Assembly: GCA_038895675.1 (NCBI GenBank)
Contig: JAWANB010000027.1
Coordinates: 1 to 13,675 of the forward strand
Length of the DNA stretch: 13,675 nt
Source of the DNA: Candidatus Iainarchaeum sp.
Lineage (GTDB): Archaea > Iainarchaeota > Iainarchaeia > Iainarchaeales > Iainarchaeaceae
Reading direction: 5' to 3'
Part shown: positions 7,797 to 13,675 of the stretch, piece after piece
Numbering within the stretch: position 1 is the first letter of the stretch
Layout of the letters: each line of letters opens with the position of its first letter
The notes under the pieces: model-generated
What the model saw: only the letters and a program-made list of their open reading frames with translations
Databases searched by the model: none
What the model was told of the DNA's origin: nothing
Position numbers and translations under genes: made by a program

Positions 7797-9215
7797 TCAA
7801 CCTACCGAGTTTTCCATTTCTAATTCTATTAGCCTGTTAAGTTCTACTGCGTATTCTAATGGCAAGGTTTTTGCAAAGGGTTGTATGAATCCCATTACTA
7901 TCATTGTTAGTGCTTCCACTTCGCTTAGTCCTCTTGACATTAGGTAGAATATTTCTTCTTCTCCTATTTTTCCTACTCTTGCTTCGTGTGCTATTGTTGC
8001 TGTTGGTTCGTCTATTTCTATGTAGGGATAAGTGTCTGTTCTTGATTTGTCATCTAATATTAGTGCGTCACAATTAACGTTGCTTCTTACTCCTTTGCAC
8101 CCTTTTATTACTTTTAGTAGTCCTCTGTAACTTGTTCTTCCGCCGTCTTTGCTTATGCTTTTGCTTGTTATTCTGCTTGTTGTGTGTGGTGCCAAGTGTA
8201 CTATTTTTGCTCCTGCGTCTTGGTATTGATTTTTTCCTGCTAATGCTATTGAGAGTACTTCTCCTTTTGCTCCTTCTTCCATTAGGTATATTGCTGGGTA
8301 TTTCATTGTGACTTTGCTTCCTATGTTTCCGTCCACCCATTCTATTGTGGCGTTTTTGTATGCGAATGCTCTTTTTGTGACTAGGTTGTAAATATTGTTT
8401 GCCCAGTTTTGTATTGTTGTATATCTTACTGTTGCGTTTTGTTTTGCTATCACTTCAACTACTGCTGCGTGTAGTGATTGTGTTGAGAATCTTGGTGCTG
8501 TGCAGCCTTCTATGTAGTGTACTTGGCTTCCTTCGTCTGCTATTATTAGTGTTCTTTCGAATTGTCCAAAGCTTTCTGCGTTTATTCTAAAGTATGCTTG
8601 TAGTGGTATTTCTACTTTCACGCCTTTTGGGACGTATACAAAAGAGCCTCCTGACCAGACTGCGCTGTTTAGGGCTGCGAACTTGTTGTCGTTGTATGGT
8701 ACTACTTTTCCGAAGTGTTCTTTGACTATTTCAGGGTATTTTTGTAGTCCTTCGTCCATTGATAAAAATATTACTCCTTGTTTTTCGAGGTCTTTTCTTA
8801 TGTTGTGGTAAATGACTTCTGAGTCGTATTGGGCTCCTACTCCTGCTAATATTTTTCTTTCTGCTTCCGGTATGCCTAATTTTTCGAATGTTTCTTTTAC
8901 TTCTTTTGGGACTTCTTCCCATTTTGTTTTGTTTGCTTCTGCTGCTTTCATGTAATAAACTATGTTGTTAAAGTCTATGTCTTTTAGGTCTGCCCCCCAT
9001 TCTGGCATGGGTTTTTCGTTGAATGCTTTTAGTGCTTTGAGTCTGAATTCTAACATCCATTTTGGTTCTTGTTTTATTTCTGAGATTTTTTTTACTGTTT
9101 CTTCGTTTAGGCCTTTGTCAAAAATTATTTCATAGTTTTTTGTTGGGTATTTGAAGTCATACTTTGTGTAATCTATTGTTGCTATTTCTCTTTCTTTTGT
9201 TCTTTGGTCTGCCAT
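7797..9215 (-). CDS. sufB: Fe-S cluster assembly scaffold SufB
   Basis: [107 protein letters not shown] overlaps the sufC stop. Confidence 0.97.
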   Translation of the reverse strand: MADQRTKEREIATIDYTKYDFKYPTKNYEIIFDKGLNEETVKKISEIKQEPKWMLEFRLKALKAFNEKPMPEWGADLKDIDFNNIVYYMKAAEANKTKWEEVPKEVKETFEKLGIPEAERKILAGVGAQYDSEVIYHNIRKDLEKQGVIFLSMDEGLQKYPEIVKEHFGKVVPYNDNKFAALNSAVWSGGSFVYVPKGVKVEIPLQAYFRINAESFGQFERTLIIADEGSQVHYIEGCTAPRFSTQSLHAAVVEVIAKQNATVRYTTIQNWANNIYNLVTKRAFAYKNATIEWVDGNIGSKVTMKYPAIYLMEEGAKGEVLSIALAGKNQYQDAGAKIVHLAPHTTSRITSKSISKDGGRTSYRGLLKVIKGCKGVRSNVNCDALILDDKSRTDTYPYIEIDEPTATIAHEARVGKIGEEEIFYLMSRGLSEVEALTMIVMGFIQPFAKTLPLEYAVELNRLIELEMENSVG

Positions 9216-9219
9216 TTTT

Positions 9220-9978
9220 TCACCTTATTTCTATTTTTTCTTTTACTATTGCTGCGTATCCTTTTTCTTCGAGTTCTTCTGCTAAGCTAATGTCTCCTGA
9301 TTTTATTATTTTGCCATGAGCCATTACGTGTACTTTGTCTGGTTTCAAGTGGTTGAGTAGTCTTTTGTAGTGTGTTATTACTATTGCTCCAAACTCTGGG
9401 CTTCGCATTTTTTCTATGTAGTGCGAGACTAATTTTAACGAGTCTATGTCTAAGCCAGAGTCTGTTTCGTCTAATATTGCGATTTTTGGTTTTAGTATCA
9501 TCATTTGCAATATTTCTGCTCTTTTTTTTTCTCCGCCTGAAAAACCAACGTTTAGTTCTCTGTCTATAAAGTCGCTTTTCATTTCTAATTTTTCTGCTGT
9601 TTCTTTGAGTTTTTCTCTGAACTTTATTATGCTTTCTGTGTTTAGTGGGTTTTGGGCTTTGTATGCTGCATAAAGGAATTTTGAGAATGTTAAGCCTGGT
9701 ATTTCTATTGGGTATTGGAATGACATGAATAAACCTATTTTTGCTCTTTCGTTTGGTTCTAATCCTAGTATGCTTTTTCCATTAACTAATATGTCTCCTG
9801 ATATTATTTCGTATTTTGGGTTGCCCATTATTATGTTAGCTAAAGTGCTTTTTCCTGTTCCGTTTGGGCCCATTATTGCGTGTATTTCTCCTTGGCTTAC
9901 TTTTAGGTTTAGGTTGTTTATTATTTGTTTCCCTTGTATGCCTGCTGTTAGCTCTTTTATTTCTAGTGTGGTTTTCAT
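9220..9978 (-). CDS. sufC: Fe-S cluster assembly ABC-type ATPase SufC
   Basis: Walker [32 protein letters not shown], Walker [25 protein letters not shown] overlaps the upstream stop. Confidence 0.97.
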   Translation of the reverse strand: MKTTLEIKELTAGIQGKQIINNLNLKVSQGEIHAIMGPNGTGKSTLANIIMGNPKYEIISGDILVNGKSILGLEPNERAKIGLFMSFQYPIEIPGLTFSKFLYAAYKAQNPLNTESIIKFREKLKETAEKLEMKSDFIDRELNVGFSGGEKKRAEILQMMILKPKIAILDETDSGLDIDSLKLVSHYIEKMRSPEFGAIVITHYKRLLNHLKPDKVHVMAHGKIIKSGDISLAEELEEKGYAAIVKEKIEIR

Positions 9979-9990
9979 TATTTTTTCCTC

Positions 9991-10302
9991 CTAATTTTTC
10001 ATTATTGTTTCTTTTACGTCAAATTCTTTGCATACTATGCACATTTTGTCAAACTTTTTGTCAGCTATCAATAGTCTTTCTGCTATTTCTCTTATTTTTT
10101 TTCTGTCTTTTTCTCCAAACTTATGGTTGTTTCCTCTTTTGCTTTTTATGTATTGGCATACTGCTGCTTCAGTTATCCCTAATTTTTCCGCTATCAATTT
10201 TCTAGAAAGTCCTTTTTCTTTTGCCAAGTATATTGCTATTTCTCTTCTCACTGCTGGCAGTACATGCCAACTTATTATTTCGCATGGAAATGTTATGCCC
10301 AT
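9991..10302 (-). CDS. Archaeal HTH transcriptional regulator (COG2522-like) with PCE and CxxC motifs, first gene of the suf operon
   Basis: FPCE...LPAVRREIA..L....GLSRKLIAEKLGITEAAVCQYIKSKRG, plus C-terminal CIVC. ATG 10302 is preferred over GTG 10311. Ends 12 bp before sufC. Confidence 0.8.
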   Translation of the reverse strand: MGITFPCEIISWHVLPAVRREIAIYLAKEKGLSRKLIAEKLGITEAAVCQYIKSKRGNNHKFGEKDRKKIREIAERLLIADKKFDKMCIVCKEFDVKETIMKN

Positions 10303-10304
10303 AA

Positions 10305-10318
10305 TTAACACATGTTAA
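10305..10318. promoter_or_regulatory. Inverted repeat TTAACA-ca-TGTTAA, candidate operator
   Basis: Perfect 6-2-6 inverted repeat between the TATA-like box and the ATG of the HTH regulator. Confidence 0.5.
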
Positions 10319-10326
10319 GACAAGTG

Positions 10327-10334
10327 TTTTAAAT
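10327..10334. promoter_or_regulatory. Candidate bidirectional TATA box (TTTTAAAT on +, ATTTAAAA on -)
   Basis: The palindromic TTTAAA core (10328-10333) is centred between divergent ATGs 10302 and 10360, 25-33 nt from each. Confidence 0.5.
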
Positions 10335-10359
10335 TGTTTTGGTGCAGTTTGTTTTTTTT

Positions 10360-10995
10360 ATGCCTAAACTTGACAAAATAAAAGTAGAGTCTAAGGTTAA
10401 TAAGTTTGGTTGGCTTTATTCTTTAATTATTTTGTTTTTGTTTGCCTTGGGTGTTTTTGGTGTATTACAATTTTTTTCTAAACCGCCTATTGACAAGACA
10501 GAACTCGAGAATGGGCAATTTTTAGGCAAGGCTGATGCGAAAGTGGTTGTCGTTGTTTTTTCAGATTTTGAGTGTCCTTTTTGTTCTGCCGCTTCTCCTT
10601 GGCTCAAGTCTCTTGTAAATGATTTCTCGAATGTTAAAGTAGTTTTTAAGCATTTTCCTTTGCCTCAGCATTATAATGCCAGAAAGGCTGCTGAGGCTGC
10701 TGAGTGTGCTGGTGATTTTGGTAAGTTTTGGGAGATGCACGACAAACTATTTGAAAATCAGCGTAATTTGAAGTCTTCATCTTTGCAAAAGTTTGCTTCC
10801 GATTTAGGCATTAATGTTGATTCTTTTAATTCTTGTCTTTCTTCTGGCAAGTATTCTTCTAAAGTTGATAATGACCTTTTGTTTGGTCAGTCTATTGGTG
10901 TTAATGCTACTCCTACTTTTTTTATTAATGGTGTTAAATACAATTTTTCTTCTTATGATGAACTAAAGTCTTTGGTTGCTTCATTGGGAGCTTAG
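10360..10995 (+). CDS. Membrane-anchored DsbA-family thiol:disulfide oxidoreductase
   Basis: N-terminal TM helix, FSDFECPFC active site, FKHFPL, AAEAAECA..GKFWEMHDKLFENQ, cis-Pro loop GVNATPTFFING. ATG 10360 is preferred over TTG 10339. Confidence 0.92.
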   Translation: MPKLDKIKVESKVNKFGWLYSLIILFLFALGVFGVLQFFSKPPIDKTELENGQFLGKADAKVVVVVFSDFECPFCSAASPWLKSLVNDFSNVKVVFKHFPLPQHYNARKAAEAAECAGDFGKFWEMHDKLFENQRNLKSSSLQKFASDLGINVDSFNSCLSSGKYSSKVDNDLLFGQSIGVNATPTFFINGVKYNFSSYDELKSLVASLGA

Positions 10996-11083
10996 AGTTT
11001 TTATTGATTATATCTTTTTGTCAGTCTTTTCTTTATTTTTATTGGTTTTTGTCTGAAGTTTTTTGTAAAAGTTATTTTTTCAA

Positions 11084-12259
11084 TTATTCTCTTATTACTT
11101 TGTCTTCTATTGCGGCTTTTTTTACTGCTTCTGCTATTTTTTTGACTACGCTTTTGTCTAGCGGGCTTGGTAGTATTCTGTCTTTTGTTGGGTTAATGTT
11201 GTTTGCGAGTGCTTCCGCTGCTGCCATTTTCATGTTTGGCGTTATTTTTGTTGCTTTTGCCTCTAAGGCTCCTTTGAAGACTCCTGGGAATGCTAACACA
11301 TTGTTTATTTGGTTTGGGTAATCGCTTCTTCCTGTGCCTATTATGTATGCTCCTGCTTCTATTGCTTCTTCTGGCATTATTTCTGGAATTGGGTTTGCTA
11401 ATGCTAATATTATTGGTTTTTCTTTCATTGTTTTTATCATTTCTTTTGTCAGAGCATTTGGTTTGCTTACTCCTATGAAAACGTCTGCTTCTTTTATTGC
11501 TTCTTTTAGTGTTCCTTTTATGTTTTCTTTGTTTGTTCTTTGTGCTATTTCTTGTTTGTAATAACTTAGTTCTGGCCTTTCTTTGTGTATTATGCCTTGG
11601 CTATCTACCATTATGATTTCTTTTGCTGGTGTGCATGCGTTGCTTTTGTAGCCTATGCATGTTAGTAGTCTTGCTATTGTCATTCCTGCGGCTCCTGCTC
11701 CGTTTATCACTATTTTTACTTCTGAGATTTTTTTGTTTGTTACTTTTAGTGCGTTTTTTAGTGCCGCGTAAACTACTATTGCTGTTCCGTGTTGGTCATC
11801 GTGCATTACTGGTATTCCTATGTCTTGTAGTCTTGATTCTATTTCAAAGCATCTTGGCGAGGCTATGTCTTCTAAGTTTATTCCGCCAAAGCTTGGCGCA
11901 ATGTTTTTTATTGTTGACACTATTTCGTCTACATTTTTCGTGTTTAGTGCTATTGGAAAAGCGTTTATTCCTGCTAGTTCTTTGAATAATATTGCTTTGC
12001 CTTCCATTACTGGTAACGCGGCTTCTGCTCCTATGTCTCCTAAGCCGAGGACTGCCGTGCCGTCAGTTATTACTGCTATGGTGTTTCCTTTTATCGTGTA
12101 ATCATAAACTTTGTTTTTGTTTTTTGCTATTTCCTTGCATGGTTCTGCCACTCCTGGCGTGTATGCTAAACTTAGTTCTTTTGTTGTTTCAATTTTGATT
12201 TTTGAGTTTATGGTTAATTTTCCTTTTAGTTTTTTGTGTAATTCAAGAGCTTTGTTCAA
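11084..12259 (-). CDS. NAD(P)-dependent malic enzyme (short, minimal type)
   Basis: LAYTPGVA, DGTAVLGLGDIG, PVMEGKAILFK, INLEDIASPRCF, HDDQHGTA, GAGAAG, NPIPEI, TGRSDYPNQINNVLAFPG. TTG start preceded by an AGGAG SD. Confidence 0.95.
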   Translation of the reverse strand: MNKALELHKKLKGKLTINSKIKIETTKELSLAYTPGVAEPCKEIAKNKNKVYDYTIKGNTIAVITDGTAVLGLGDIGAEAALPVMEGKAILFKELAGINAFPIALNTKNVDEIVSTIKNIAPSFGGINLEDIASPRCFEIESRLQDIGIPVMHDDQHGTAIVVYAALKNALKVTNKKISEVKIVINGAGAAGMTIARLLTCIGYKSNACTPAKEIIMVDSQGIIHKERPELSYYKQEIAQRTNKENIKGTLKEAIKEADVFIGVSKPNALTKEMIKTMKEKPIILALANPIPEIMPEEAIEAGAYIIGTGRSDYPNQINNVLAFPGVFKGALEAKATKITPNMKMAAAEALANNINPTKDRILPSPLDKSVVKKIAEAVKKAAIEDKVIRE

Positions 12260-12277
12260 AGTCTTTTCTCCTTTTTG

Positions 12278-13186
12278 CTATTTGTTTTTGCTTATGTCTT
12301 CGTAAGCTGAAAAAGCTGCTATTACTCCTTCTGCTGCTCCTGTTATGGCTTGTTTGAAGTGTCTGTTAGTAACGTCTCCTGCTGCGTAAATTCCTTTCAC
12401 GTTTGTTCTGCTGTCATTGTCTATTATTATTTCTTTGTTTGGTTCTAATTTTACTCCGAGTTTTTCAGCGAGCTCTGAGTTAGGTGTTGCTCCTATTTCT
12501 ATGAATACGCCGTCTACTTTTAGTTCTCCGCCTTCTTTGAATTTTATTGCTTCTACTTTTTTTTGTCCTACTATTTCTGCAACGTTTTTTTTCGTGATTA
12601 TTTCTATTTTTTTGTTTTTTGTTACTCTTTCTGTGTTTATTGGTTCTGCTCTTATTTTTTCTCCTCTGTAAACTATATAGACTTTTGAGGCGTATTCTGC
12701 TAAAAAAAGTGCTTCTTTTGCTGCACTATCCGAGCCTCCTATTACTGCAACCACTTTGTTTTTGAATAGTGCGCCGTCACAAGTAGCGCAGTAACTTACT
12801 CCTTTGTTTGCAAGTTCTTTTTCTCCTGGTACGTTTAGTTTTTTTCTTTCTGTGCCTGTTGCTAACAATATTGTTTTTGTAGCGTACTTTTTTTCTGAAA
12901 TTGTTTTTAGTTCAAAGTCAAAGTCTGCTTTTTTTTTGATTTCTATTACTTTGTCGTAAACTATTGGTACGTTATTTGCTTCTACATGTTTTTTTAGTTC
13001 TTCAGCAAGGCCTTGCCCTGAGATGCTTGTAAAGCCTGGCCAGTTTTCTACTAAGTGTGTTGTTGTTATTAATCCTCCAGGCATTTCTCCGATGAGTAGT
13101 GTTTTAAGCCTGAATCTTGCAGCGTATATTGCTGCCGACATTCCCGCGCAACCTGTTCCTATTATTATTAGGTCTTGTTTTTCCAT
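12278..13186 (-). CDS. trxB: Thioredoxin-disulfide reductase (low-Mr type)
   Basis: FAD motif IIGTGCAG, VENWPG, redox-active GVSYCATCDG, pyridine nucleotide motif VIGGSDSA, TNVKGIYAAGDVT, QAITGAAEG. Confidence 0.94.
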   Translation of the reverse strand: MEKQDLIIIGTGCAGMSAAIYAARFRLKTLLIGEMPGGLITTTHLVENWPGFTSISGQGLAEELKKHVEANNVPIVYDKVIEIKKKADFDFELKTISEKKYATKTILLATGTERKKLNVPGEKELANKGVSYCATCDGALFKNKVVAVIGGSDSAAKEALFLAEYASKVYIVYRGEKIRAEPINTERVTKNKKIEIITKKNVAEIVGQKKVEAIKFKEGGELKVDGVFIEIGATPNSELAEKLGVKLEPNKEIIIDNDSRTNVKGIYAAGDVTNRHFKQAITGAAEGVIAAFSAYEDISKNK

Positions 13187-13202
13187 AACTGAGTTCTCTT
13201 GA

Positions 13203-13475
13203 TTAGTCTTTTATTCCTAACTCTTTTTTTATTGCGTTTCTGTCAAAGCCTATTATTATTTTTCCGTTTATGTCTATTACTGGTACGCCTTGTTGTCCTG
13301 ACTTTTGTATCATTTCTTTGGCTTTTTCTTCGTCTTCTAAAACATCAAATTCTTGGTATTTTATTTTGTTTTTTTTGAAAAACTCTTTTGCTAAGTTGCA
13401 GAATATGCAAGTAGGCGTGGTGTAAATTGTTATTTTTGGTTTTTTGTTTTTATTTTGTGTTTTTTTTGTTTTCAT
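13203..13475 (-). CDS. Glutaredoxin-like redoxin (NrdH/YruB-like)
   Basis: IYTTPTCIFC, KSGQQGVPVIDING, IIGFD; 90 aa; 16 bp upstream of trxB. Confidence 0.92.
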   Translation of the reverse strand: MKTKKTQNKNKKPKITIYTTPTCIFCNLAKEFFKKNKIKYQEFDVLEDEEKAKEMIQKSGQQGVPVIDINGKIIIGFDRNAIKKELGIKD

Positions 13476-13496
13476 ATTAGTATTATGCTTAATTTG

Positions 13497-13506
13497 TTAA
13501 TAAAAA
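13497..13506 (-). promoter_or_regulatory. Candidate TATA box for a leaderless grx-trxB-malic enzyme transcript
   Basis: Minus-strand TTTTTATTAA lies 22-31 nt upstream of ATG 13475, and there is no SD before the ATG. Confidence 0.35.
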
Positions 13507-13586
13507 TGTGTTGTGGTTATAGTTTGAATAAGGAATTTTAAAAGTTAAAAATAAATAAAGAAAATAAAGGATTAAAAAACAATTTT

Positions 13587-13675
13587 TTATTTTTTATTAA
13601 GGATGTCATCTATTAAACTTTTAAAATTGCTAAATGATTCTGCTCCTACTATTTTTATATTGTTAACAAAAAATG
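13587..13675 (-). CDS. C-terminal end of a second DsbA-family protein (gene continues beyond the window)
   Basis: Manual translation of 13673 to 13587 gives FFVNNIKIVGAESFSNFKSLIDDILNKK*, which resembles the DsbA C-terminal pattern (TPT)FFVNG..IVGA..F..F...ID..L. Absent from the ORF track. Confidence 0.72.
   Translation of the reverse strand, partial: FFVNNIKIVGAESFSNFKSLIDDILNKK

Noticed and set aside
1148..8922. Minus-strand K/R/N-rich alternative-frame ORFs (1148-1417, 1490-1837, 5647-6012, 8074-8340, 8731-8922)
   Set aside because: Out-of-frame overlaps inside real genes, with no recognisable motifs, explained by A-rich composition.
992..12671. Dozens of + strand hydrophobic ORFs rich in F/L/V/I that look like membrane proteins (e.g. 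992-1351, 1409-1939, 6613-7011, 7143-7742)
   Set aside because: They are antisense shadows of well-supported minus-strand genes. The T-rich, A-poor strand has few stop codons and encodes hydrophobic residues by default.
1..13675. tRNA/rRNA genes, CRISPR arrays, IS elements, frameshifts at homopolymer runs, or an alternative genetic code
   Set aside because: No GC-rich structured segments, spaced direct repeats or transposase motifs were seen. All recognised genes are intact, and TAA, TAG and TGA all act as stops at expected protein ends.

Overview
Gene-dense, AT-rich, almost certainly archaeal DNA. The evidence is Pus10, a short archaeal-type triosephosphate isomerase, a COG2522-like HTH protein, a tandem MgtE/SLC41 membrane-domain pair, GGTGA-type Shine-Dalgarno (SD) motifs, and TATA-like boxes 22-33 nt upstream of the ATG of first-in-operon genes. 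A DPANN-like lineage is plausible but is inference only. Left to right: 3' part of pus10 (+); a minus-strand cluster transcribed as two MgtE-domain genes followed by a long RelA/SpoT homologue (RSH); tpiA (+); a minus-strand operon HTH-sufC-sufB-sufD-sufS-sufU; a divergent membrane-anchored DsbA-like gene (+); a minus-strand glutaredoxin-trxB-malic enzyme operon; and, missed by the ORF track, the C-terminus of a second DsbA-like gene at the right edge. Most notable: (1) the RSH looks synthetase-only, like RelA (degenerate HD motif, EFDD motif, intact TGS/zinc finger/ACT, shortened helical region); (2) a bacterial-type SUF operon is led by a Cys-containing archaeal HTH protein, with a palindromic candidate operator and a centred, possibly bidirectional TATA box shared with dsbA; (3) extreme T-over-A strand asymmetry shapes codon and amino-acid usage on both strands. 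No RNA genes, CRISPR arrays or mobile elements were recognised.
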